Assembly: GCA_002794465.1 (NCBI GenBank)
Contig: MTSL01000117.1
Span: 3,135 to 35,134 of the forward strand
Direction of reading: 5' to 3'
Source: Paramicrosporidium saccamoebae KSL3
Taxonomy: Eukaryota; Fungi; Cryptomycota
DNA length: 32,000 nucleotides
The notes under the pieces are model-generated. The model did not search any database and was not told where the DNA came from. It worked only from the letters and a program-made list of their open reading frames with translations. The position numbers were made by a program, and so were the translations under genes. Shown in pieces: positions 1 to 8,971 of this stretch. Within the stretch, counting starts at the first letter, position 1. Every line of letters starts with the position of its first letter.

Positions 1-552
1 TTGTAATTGCATCCCAAATATCCGCCGGCCAAAAAATAATCCCGTACATCGGGATAATCCTTGCGGTCCATTTCTGCCCGCACATTCCATGACATGGTGA
101 TATCTTTTGTAGGGATCATTATGCCAGCTATGCGGGCGAATTCTTCAGAGAAAATGGTCGGAATCTCACTTTGTTTGAACGATTCATCAGGTAACTTGCA
201 GCATCGAAATGCAAAAGCAACTCCATGACCCGGGAGACCGTATGACATACTAAACATCCCATCTTTAAATCTACGATATTAGAACATGCCGACTTTGACA
301 CCTGAGAGCCTGCTCAAACTCACAGTCTTTGAATCTTTCAACGAGCTTATCCATGCGGTCTACTGGGCTATTAGTGCTATCTTCGCTAGCGCCAAGAATC
401 ATTTCCTCCAAGCATTCCAGAGCTCCTTCTACTTCTCCCGGAATGCGAGTGTCCAAGTCAAAGGCACACTCAATCTCATCCACAAATTCCTGTTTCATTT
501 TCTTCCTCTCCGAGACTGCCGGCTCTATCATTTCATCAAAATTTCTCTTCAT
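1..552 (-). CDS. Hypothetical protein, runs off the window edge (exons 302-552 and <1-270; intron 271-301)
   Basis: ORF 271-552 ends inside a 31-nt GTGTCA...CTAAT...TAG intron. Removing it gives an open frame (LRFKDGMFSMSYGLPGHG...) through position 1. No family recognised. Confidence 0.6.
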
Positions 553-601
553 TGCAAAGCACTAACGTTTCTAGTGTTGGACAATACTGTCAACTTTTGT
601 C

Positions 602-1088
602 CTACTTTCTGAAACAGGGTTCATGTTTACACAAAAGGTGCCATCGTGCCTCAGCTGCATCCAATAACATCTCCTCCAAGAATTTGGTCCAATTTATACA
701 GCCTGGCCAAGTATTGGGAAAGACAGTAGGAAGGCTTGATTGTTCTAGATATATTGATACACGTAGCGCACAGGGCGGGTTTTTATTGATTGGACACTGC
801 TCAAAGACGGTCAATTCAGTCTAGACGTTGTTTCTGGTACACGAAAAGATCCACTTGTCCTAGTAAGCGGGTCTTTTCGCGTACCAGAAACAACGTCTCG
901 ATTGAATTGACGGTCTTTCCCACAATTCGTGGTGCTACTTTTACAATGCTTGGGTCAGCCATCAGTTCTTGTATGGCGTCGTCGATGCTCTGGGGCTCGC
1001 AGAGCGCTTTTCCGCGATCTTCATCGTCGCCCTGGATAAGGACCCATAAGAGGGGCGTCTTGTTATCGCTTGATGTATGACGGCTCAT
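602..1088 (-). CDS. Hypothetical protein, probably two exons
   Basis: ORFs 816-1088 and 602-814 join in frame if a GT...TCTAG intron ending at ~820 is removed (22 or 34 nt depending on the donor). No clear branch site and no recognised family. Confidence 0.35.
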
Positions 1089-1424
1089 CGTTTTAGCGGT
1101 TTCTTATCCCCCAGCGAGTCTTTTTATACTCGAGCCGTTGCTTAATTAAAAGATCGGATCTTGAAATGTAAGATCGATGCAGGAAACATTTGACAGCATC
1201 CGCTTATGATTGGTGAATCCCATCCAGGCCATCAGATCGATGATGGGCGGCCGATCAAGCCACTCTTTTCTATTCACTAACCAGATATATCCGCTATACC
1301 ATAGTCTCCCGTGAGATAGTGTAGCTACGGGTCAGGGATACCAATAAAGGGCCTGTTAAACAGCATCCACTTATTACTGGCGAGTCCAACCAAGGTAGCG
1401 GCCCGGCAGGCCAGTTTGGTTATA

Positions 1425-1724
1425 TTAAGACTGGCTACCTATAAAGGAGCCATATACTTTAATAAGCGATAGCTCACCCATCAAAAGGGTCTTTAACTCT
1501 AACCTCACACCTGTTAATTTATTTATACTTTGGTCAGCTGGATCTTTCGTGTAATGAGATCTTGTGATAAAAAGCTGCATGTTGTTCATGGTCACGGTTG
1601 GTCCGTTATACACCAACTCGAACTGTTGCAGTGACAATTTAAACATGCTCCGGAACGCTGTAACGGGCTCTAAAGCCTTGTCGGGAATGGCGTCACAAAC
1701 GGGATTTAACAAGTTCAACAGCAT
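1425..1724 (-). CDS. Hypothetical protein; ends uncertain
   Basis: 99-aa ORF filling the gap between genes. A possible upstream ATG at 1769 could join through a 36-nt GT..TTTTAG intron. No family recognised. Confidence 0.3.
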   Translation of the reverse strand: MLLNLLNPVCDAIPDKALEPVTAFRSMFKLSLQQFELVYNGPTVTMNNMQLFITRSHYTKDPADQSINKLTGVRLELKTLLMGELSLIKVYGSFIGSQS

Positions 1725-1805
1725 GAATCTAAAACAAAGCTTCGGCTATCTTTTCTCATCCCACGACATCAATGCTTTGTTGCACAAGACTATGACTTTA
1801 CTAAA

Positions 1806-2627
1806 CTACAGTTTGTATCTCTTTAACTCGGCCCGTTTCTCTTCCTACACATCAACACCTATGAAAGAACGTACCACAGAGATGACCAGATCTGGCGAGA
1901 CGATGACGGCGCCGGGAATACTCTTTCCGTTCGAATCACATGACGGAGGCACCACAATATTATCAAAAGAACCACCCATAACTACCGGAACATTGTCAGA
2001 GACCGAGTCTGCTAGACCGACACTGGCACTGGCGCCTATTGTCTCCGAACTGGTACTAGCACCAGCACTGACACTCCTCGTCCTCTCTCCCAACATACCG
2101 TTTGACATGGACGGATATGCTGCGTAGAAGGGTTGGAGGGGGGGTGAGAATATGGCGGGTGCTGCTATCACTGGACCTGATGCAACGGTTGGCACGCTGG
2201 GCAGCACCGGCGATACTGGCAGTGGCGAGTATACTTGCAGGTCGGGTCCTTCTGGTACGGACGACTTTTGCGCCGCCAGCAACGGCAGCAGTCCGCCGTC
2301 TGTCACTCGGATGCGTTTGTATGCCACCATGGGCTGCTTGGTCCGGTGTCGGTGCAGGTCCTCTGGCGGCACACCCTCCATCCCAAAAATCTCCACCTCG
2401 GGCGTGTCGTGTCCCTCCACCGCATTGGGTACCACCGAAATGTTCTCCTTGTGGATTTGCGCAACGTGTATAACTAGACCAGAGGCAGAGTTAAGTTTCT
2501 TATGGCAGTACATGCATTTAAAGTGCTTGGCTTTCTGGTGCGTGATGAGGATTTTCTCGTCATCAAACTCGCGGTCACAATACCAACACCATGGCTTGTG
2601 CGATACGTGCTTCCTCTTCTTGGTCAT
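1806..2627 (-). CDS. ZNF207: ZNF207/BuGZ-like C2H2 zinc finger protein (intron 1845-1874)
   Basis: N-terminal KPWCWYCDREFDDEKILITHQKAKHFKCMYCHKKL is the family signature. Removing the 30-nt GTACGT..TAG intron restores a GLEBS-like C-terminus, VISVEEKRAELKRYKL*. Confidence 0.9.
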
Positions 2628-2915
2628 TTAACTACAGTAGAATGTACAGTTGATGTGGTGACTAAGGCAGCGTTGCTATCCAGTCCAGGGTGCCCGCCTT
2701 TTGCATGATTGTCACAACCTGAGCATTAATAACTGCAATACAAGATTCGTCGATGACTCCAAATTAGATGACGATTCCAAACCAAACGGCTATTCCAATC
2801 CAGACGTCTACCCCCACCCAGGCCCGCTAGTCTGATCCGCCTTACTGAGAACGCTACCTACAAATGCACCACATCATTTAATAAAGCAATCTTTTCGGTT
2901 CACTGGCAATACCAT

Positions 2916-4402
2916 TTAAGAATAGAATGCAAACGGGGTAACATAGTCAACAATCTTTTTTCGCAACGATGCAAGTGCAGGGAAGGCATCATAGGTCAGG
3001 GTAGTCTTAAAGTCCGCCATAGACTTGCTTGGCAGCTGCTCCTGAATCCTGCTGGTCAGTTCGATTGCCTCGCAGAGAACATCAGCAGCCCATTCAAAGT
3101 CAGTCGTGTCAAATCCGCGGGTAGTCATTGCCGGTGTCCCGATCCGCAGTCCCGATGGCTTCATGGCACTCTTGTCGCCAGGAATTGTGTTCTTGTTGGC
3201 AGCAATGTTCATCATTTCCAAAACTCGCTCCAGACGAGCTCCGTCGATACCCCGTCGGGAGAGATCCAATAGTAAAAGATGGGTATCGCTTCCTCCTGAT
3301 ACCAATCTGACTCCTTGACTCAGCAAACGAGCGGCCAACGCCTGACAGTTGTCAACAACTCGTTGTTGATAATCCTTGAATTCCAGAGTCGTGGCCTACT
3401 ATTAGAACCGCGTCTTTTGTACCTGATGGAGAGCGACTGCCAGAGCTGCGATTGTATGATTATGGGGGCCGCCTTGGTGTCCTGGAAACACAGCTTTGTT
3501 GATCAAATCTCCCACATTACCCGTCTCGCCGACATCACGACGAGGCTTACTTCCCTGTCGGTAAAATATCATTGCTGCTCTCGGACCTCGGAGAGATTTG
3601 TGGGTAGTTGTAGTTACCACATCGGCATGTGCAAATGGATCTGGTATCACTCCGGCTGCCATCGTCCCCGACCAATGTGAAATATCGGCCATCAAATACG
3701 CGTTTGTCGAATCGGCAACCTACACACAGTCGGCTACAACTCTGCATTTACCTTTCGCATCTTTTCATAGTCGATGAGACGGGGATACGAGCTTGCCCCT
3801 GCAATCAGCAGCTTTGGTCGGACTATTCCCACCAATTCTTGCAACTTTTCATAATCGATCAAACCAGTCTCCTGGTCTACACCGTATGCAAACGTCTCAA
3901 AAAACTTTGACACTGCCGATACTTTTCTCGTGTCAGTCTGGTATCCATGTGACAAGTGTCCGCCGTGTGGTAAATCCAATCCCATGATTCGATCATGTGG
4001 TCGGAGGAGCGCGCTATATACATACATGTTTGCGGGTGAGCCGGAGAGTGGCTGTACATTGACTCCCCACTCATCGGGCGAGAGTCGGAATGCCGAAAGG
4101 GCACGTCGTTGACATAGTAGTTCCGCACGGTCAATATGCTCATTCCCACCATAGTAGCGGGCACCAGGATAGCCTTCCGAGTACTTGTTCTGCATTACCG
4201 AGCCACTAGCCTCCATAACAGACCGAGAGGTAAAATTTTCAGAGGGTATCAACACCAAGGACTCTTTCTGTCTGCTTTGTTCTGTATCTATAATTTCTCT
4301 CACTTCTGGGTCCATCTCCGCCAGCGGAGCATTCAGGATGCAAAGATGCCTAACATGGTGCGCAGAGGGATTTACTGGCCGACGCACTAGGAAGCGGAGC
4401 AT
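2916..4402 (-). CDS. SHM1: Serine hydroxymethyltransferase, probably mitochondrial (introns 3720-3751, 3396-3422)
   Basis: Motifs [41 protein letters not shown] (PLP lysine), [24 protein letters not shown]. The first in-frame ATG gives an Arg-rich, acid-free leader, [12 protein letters not shown]. Confidence 0.96.
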
Positions 4403-4433
4403 GAGAGCAAATTTGATTGGCGGGAACACTTCA

Positions 4434-5182
4434 ATGGCTATGGCAGAGATTCTCTCGTCCTTGGCTCACCGTCTCAACAGCTTGAACATTCAATTAGTGG
4501 CCGATGGCTGTGGTATTGCTTTGGAAGGTTAATTGGAGTGTATAGCTGATGCGGAAATTGAGCAACTTGCAACGACAATTGCTGGCCTGAAGGAGAACAT
4601 GGCCAAATGCCACAGCTCTATGACACTGGAAATGGAACGTCTCGATGCTGCCAAGGTATCGCGACGGATATTCCTGATTGTCTGTAGGAGACTTGTACAC
4701 AAATTTTGACAGCAGTAGAGGGCAGCCAAAGGACAGAATCGCGTCCCGACCCTGTCCCGCTCCCAACCCTCCCCGACATCAACGAAGACGAATTCAGTAC
4801 TGTCCCCAAGTACATGAAAGGCCGTCTCACTCTCGACAAGATCAACAACGGGGTAGAATTCCTCAACAAGGTGCTCACCGACAAATACATTCTTCTTCGC
4901 CAGAACCCGGCAAAAATGTCCGTCGACCAACGACAGAGATTCTACGTACACTTTCTCATCGTTGTCATCACGGTATAGGAGCTGAGGGACAGCGAGTGCG
5001 ATGAAGTTGTGGGACGGATCTTTGTGACAGAGAGTGATCTGAAGGCAGGGATGGCGGTAAAGGGCGCGACGGGCTTCAAACTGGACTCGACAGGACGGGC
5101 CATTTTGGCAATTTTGAGACACTTGGGACGGATGAAAGAGTTACGCACGAATGGAGTTATACGGTTTGTAGTTACTCAGTAA
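4434..5182 (+). CDS. SKA1: Spindle and kinetochore-associated protein 1 (introns 4513-4545, 4656-4687, 4946-4978)
   Basis: Absent from the ORF track as one gene. The spliced product has an N-terminal coiled coil, then [18 protein letters not shown]...KYILL...FVTESDLK...[24 protein letters not shown], matching the SKA1 microtubule-binding domain pattern (VPxYMKxRL; LRHxxRLxE). Confidence 0.85.
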
Positions 5183-5385
5183 ACCATTGTTTATCCCTCT
5201 GTTGCGATTAGATGGGATGATGCGGAAACGGACTTGATCAGCAGTGCGAGAGCAGCGTTTATAGTAAGGACCTTTTATTAGAATTTTAATCTGCAAATCA
5301 CAACAGATCCTCCACCTCTGATTTGTAAATGTACCTTTTCATGATATACTTTTTCATGGTGTATATTCTGATAAGAGACCCCTGA

Positions 5386-7518
5386 CTAGATAGAGATGAA
5401 ATTATCGCGCGTCTTGCTCTCATCTAGCTCTTTAAACTTGGCAATCGCGTCGTCAATAGACAAGAGAACATCATTTCCGTCTTTGGAGGCTTTCCTAATG
5501 TTGATCATCCGAGTCTCGGCTTCCTTTCCACCCACCACACAAATAAAGGTGTAATGATTGACTTCAGCATTGCGGATCTTCTTATTCAGCGTCAAATCTG
5601 ACAGATCGGCATCGACATGGAATCCAGCAGAGTGGAGAGCAGTCTGGACCTCTCCAGCGTATTCATCATAGGCATGGGATACTGGAACGACGGCAATTTG
5701 GCGGGGCGAGATCCAGAAGGGCCAGTTTTGCGCAAAATTCTCAGTCAAAATGGCAAACATGCGCTCAATCGAACCAAGCACAGCGCGATGGATGATAACT
5801 GGCCGTTGCTTAATATCACTGGCGGCATCGCCCTCTCCTTGGGATCCAGTGCGATATTCGAGATTAAACCGGGTTGGGAGCTGATAGTCCAGCTGGATAG
5901 TGGCGCATTGGTGCCGCTTGCGATGAGCGTCTTGGATGGTAATGTCAATCTTGGGGCCGTAGAAGGCGCCATCCCCTGGATTCAACTCCCACCGATGTCC
6001 AGATGCATTCAGAGCATCAGTCAATTGACGTTCAGCTTCATCCCACACTGCAACTTCACCAAGATACTTTTCAGGTCGAGTACTCAGCTTCATGTTGAAT
6101 GTGAAGCCAAAGATTCCATAGACAGATTCCAAGAATGAAATGCAGCCGTTAATCTCTTCCTTGATTTGGTCATTTCGACAAAAGATGTGCGCATCGTCCT
6201 GTTGGAAACGACGGACACGGGTGAGACCAGTCAAAGCGCCAGAGAGCTCATTCCGGTGCAAGACACCAAAATCAGCAAATCGGATGGGAAGTTCACGGTA
6301 TGAGCGTTCACGATGAGCAAACATTAGACAATGACCGGGACAGTTCATTGGCTTCAAGGCCCAAGGCTCCTTTTCGACTTCAAAGGTGAACATGTCATCG
6401 CGATAATTCTCCCAATGCCCAGACGTCTTCCAAAGGGCCGCGTTAAACATGTTTGGAGAGATGACTTCAGAGAATCCACGCTTGCGGTACTCGCTACGGA
6501 TAAACTCGACCAGACGATTGTGGATTCTGGTGCCGTGGGGAAGGAAAAAGGCTGATCCGGGGGAGAGCTCGTGGAAGAAGAAGAGTTGTTGATCTTTTCC
6601 AACCTTGCGATGGTCGCGCTTATCGGCTTCCTCCAAGAACTTTAAGTGTTCCTTCATCTGGAGGGTATCTGGGAACGAGACACCGTAGATGCGTTGGAGG
6701 GAGGCGTTATTCGCATCGCCAAGAAAGTAGCTGCTGCTATTTTTCATCACTTTAAAGGCCTTGATGCGGCCCGTGTGGGGAATATGTGGTCCACGACATA
6801 GATCAATCAACGGTCCACAGCGATATACCGTCGACTTGGTCCCATCGGGAATCTTGTCGTTAATAAAATGAATTTTAAACGGATTGTGTTTGAACATTTC
6901 CAGCAACTTTTCCTTGCTCATCTCCAACCGTTCAAATTTCTGACGATCCTTGACAATGGATTTGGCTAATGTCTCGAGAGCGGGATAGTCGGATTGCGTG
7001 ACCGCGCGTCCTGCCGTGTCCATTTCGTAGTAGAATCCGTCCTCCACCGGCGGTCCTAGGCACAAGTGGCAGGCGTAGTGTCCCTCGCAGGCCTCGCCGA
7101 GAACGTGGGCACTGGAATGCCAAAAGACTTGTCGTCCCTCTTCATTGTCAAAGTCGAGCAGCTCAAGAGTACAATTCCCTTCCAACGGACGGCCAGTATC
7201 CCATAACTCGCCATTGACCTTGGCAATGACCAGACGATCGGCCAAAGCCTTTTCAAGGGAAATGGCAACCTCCATGGGCGTAGTCTTCCATGCATTACCC
7301 TCGACATTTCTTCCATCAGCTAAGGTAACCTGGATAGGCACTACAGGCTGCTGCAAGACCCATGCATCATATTGTGCCTTGAGTTCATCGAACATTTGGA
7401 TACGATGTTGCACATACCCGGGCTTGGGTGCCTCTAAAGGGTAACCAGATGCCAGCATTGGGTTTTTCTTTTCTTTCAAATTCATGTCAGCGACTTGTGT
7501 CGATAACTCGCTTGCCAT
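5386..7518 (-). CDS. THS1: Threonyl-tRNA synthetase (eukaryotic cytosolic type); possible non-AUG N-terminal extension
   Basis: TGS domain, [60 protein letters not shown] and the anticodon-binding domain. First ATG at 7518. Confidence 0.98.
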   Translation of the reverse strand: MASELSTQVADMNLKEKKNPMLASGYPLEAPKPGYVQHRIQMFDELKAQYDAWVLQQPVVPIQVTLADGRNVEGNAWKTTPMEVAISLEKALADRLVIAKVNGELWDTGRPLEGNCTLELLDFDNEEGRQVFWHSSAHVLGEACEGHYACHLCLGPPVEDGFYYEMDTAGRAVTQSDYPALETLAKSIVKDRQKFERLEMSKEKLLEMFKHNPFKIHFINDKIPDGTKSTVYRCGPLIDLCRGPHIPHTGRIKAFKVMKNSSSYFLGDANNASLQRIYGVSFPDTLQMKEHLKFLEEADKRDHRKVGKDQQLFFFHELSPGSAFFLPHGTRIHNRLVEFIRSEYRKRGFSEVISPNMFNAALWKTSGHWENYRDDMFTFEVEKEPWALKPMNCPGHCLMFAHRERSYRELPIRFADFGVLHRNELSGALTGLTRVRRFQQDDAHIFCRNDQIKEEINGCISFLESVYGIFGFTFNMKLSTRPEKYLGEVAVWDEAERQLTDALNASGHRWELNPGDGAFYGPKIDITIQDAHRKRHQCATIQLDYQLPTRFNLEYRTGSQGEGDAASDIKQRPVIIHRAVLGSIERMFAILTENFAQNWPFWISPRQIAVVPVSHAYDEYAGEVQTALHSAGFHVDADLSDLTLNKKIRNAEVNHYTFICVVGGKEAETRMINIRKASKDGNDVLLSIDDAIAKFKELDESKTRDNFISI

Positions 7519-7658
7519 TCTTGGGTGGATTGGAAAGAGTACGGTGGACAGACGACTTTTTAAAAAAGACAAAGGACCACCAAAAAGACGCTGGAACTTT
7601 GACGTGGTGAGACGCTAATCCCCTGGTCAGGGCATGGTGTCCTTTATGCAACACACTT

Positions 7659-7667
7659 ATGACTCAT
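7659..7667. promoter_or_regulatory. Gcn4/AP-1-type site ATGACTCAT
   Basis: Exact match to the optimal Gcn4 site, ~140 bp upstream of the ThrRS ATG. Confidence 0.6.
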
Positions 7668-7741
7668 CATTGTGTGGACGAGCAAGCCCACCGCTATGAC
7701 CAATTGGCTAAAGCTTGTGTATCTAAAAATGCTTACGATGG

Positions 7742-7750
7742 ATGAGTCAT
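7742..7750. promoter_or_regulatory. Gcn4/AP-1-type site ATGAGTCAT
   Basis: Second exact optimal site (opposite orientation) in the same ThrRS/RPS18 divergent intergenic region. Confidence 0.6.
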
Positions 7751-7975
7751 CAAGTCAGCTGTCTTGCTATTGGGCCATCCTGTCAGCCAACTATCCAGCC
7801 AAAGTGTTTTCTGCTGCTCGGATTTATCCAAGTGTGCACAGGACATGTAAATGTGTATTAATAAACACTTGCACCACAGCATCTTGGTAAAACATTCATA
7901 TTTGTACAATTTTTGCGCGTGCTGCTAACAAATGGGAAACCGGGGTATCGGCCACCCTCGACACCCCCTCGGATA

Positions 7976-8483
7976 ATGGTACCTTGACCCATATATTCCT
8001 CATCCATCCATTTAGTCTGTAAACGTCCCCGAGAAGGCCGGCTTCCAGCACATTCTCCGTCTCCTCAACACCAACGTTGACGGTCGCCAGAAGGTCATGT
8101 TTGCCCTTACTGCCATCAAGGGTTGCGGTCGCCGCTACGCTGGCCTCGTCTGCCGCAAGGCCGAGGTGGACCTGAACAAGCGCGCTGGTGAGCTCGACCA
8201 GGTTGAGTTGGAGCGCATCATCACCATCATGCAGAACCCCAAGAACTACAAGATCCCCGATTGGTTCCTCAATCGTCAAAAGGACCACAAGGACGGAAAG
8301 TTCTCCCAGCTGTTGTCGAACAACTTGGATAACAAGCTTCGTGAGGATTTGGAGTACATGAAGAAGATTCGCGTGCATCGTGGACTTCGTCACTCTTGGG
8401 GTCTGCGTGTGCGCGGTCAGCACACCAAGACTACTGGTCGTCGCGGACGCACTATGGGTGTGTCCAAGAAGCGTGGAGGCTAA
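7976..8483 (+). CDS. RPS18: 40S ribosomal protein S18/uS13 (exon 1 is ATG only; intron 7979-8015)
   Basis: Spliced [24 protein letters not shown]...[11 protein letters not shown]...[24 protein letters not shown]. Confidence 0.98.
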
Positions 8484-8514
8484 TCTCTGGTTTCGTCCTG
8501 GATATATAAATGGA

Positions 8515-8672
8515 ACTATGCAATAAATTCAATATTGAGAGCTATGCGGTAAATCCACGGGTACTATATGCAGTAAATTCTCGGGCACTATGTAGTAAAT
8601 TCTCGGGCACTATATGCAGTAAATTCTCGGGCACTATATGCAGGAAATTCCCGAGGACTATGCAGTAAATTT
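8515..8672. repeat. Minisatellite, ~7 units of 22-24 bp, ACTA(TA)TGCAGTAAATTCTCGGGC
   Basis: Directly visible head-to-tail units: central ones near-identical, outer ones degenerate. Confidence 0.9.
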
Positions 8673-8837
8673 ATCGTATTGCTCATCCCATCTTCAAGAT
8701 CACCTGTATATATATGAATGGAACTGTCGGACGGTTTCCGCTTATGATTGGCGTACTCCCCATAAGATATTAAGTATGACTCCACCGACTTTAATGGCTT
8801 GCTTTAGTTTTTCAACAGAATCTATGCGATAGATCCA

Positions 8838-8958
8838 TTACTACCCACACCATAGTCACTATGCAGTAGATTCCCCATTACTCACACTATGGTCACTGCT
8901 ACTCACACTATGGTCACTGCTACTCACACCATGGTCACTATTACTCATATCATAGTCA
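8838..8958. repeat. Minisatellite, ~5 units of 21 bp, (C/T)TACTCACAC(T/C)ATGGTCACTG
   Basis: Directly visible tandem units ending just before the Yta7 stop codon. Confidence 0.85.
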
Positions 8959-8971
8959 AGATCAATGTCTA

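Noticed and set aside
1929-1937. GTTCGAATC, a tRNA T-loop/B-box-like motif
   Set aside because: It lies inside the ZNF207 coding region with no acceptor, D or anticodon stems around it.
2628-2915. snRNA or other ncRNA in larger intergenic gaps (also 5183-5385, 11345-11559, 29490-29716)
   Set aside because: No U1, U2, U5, U6, SRP or RNase P signature was found by eye; an Infernal/Rfam scan would be needed to exclude divergent RNAs.
5617-6138. Long antisense or alternate-frame ORFs (5617-6138, 4529-5122, 16556-17257, 25524-26303, 1564-2127)
   Set aside because: They overlap well-supported genes on the opposite strand and show no recognisable motifs.
7672-7890. 72-aa ORF in the ThrRS/RPS18 intergenic region
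   Set aside because: No motifs, and it overlaps likely promoter elements.
7896-8423. 175-aa minus-strand ORF
   Set aside because: Antisense shadow of RPS18, produced by biased codon usage; the same applies to 26537-27217 over RPS8.
8515-8958. CRISPR-like appearance of the short repeats
   Set aside because: Units are head-to-tail without unique spacers, there are no cas genes, and the context is eukaryotic.
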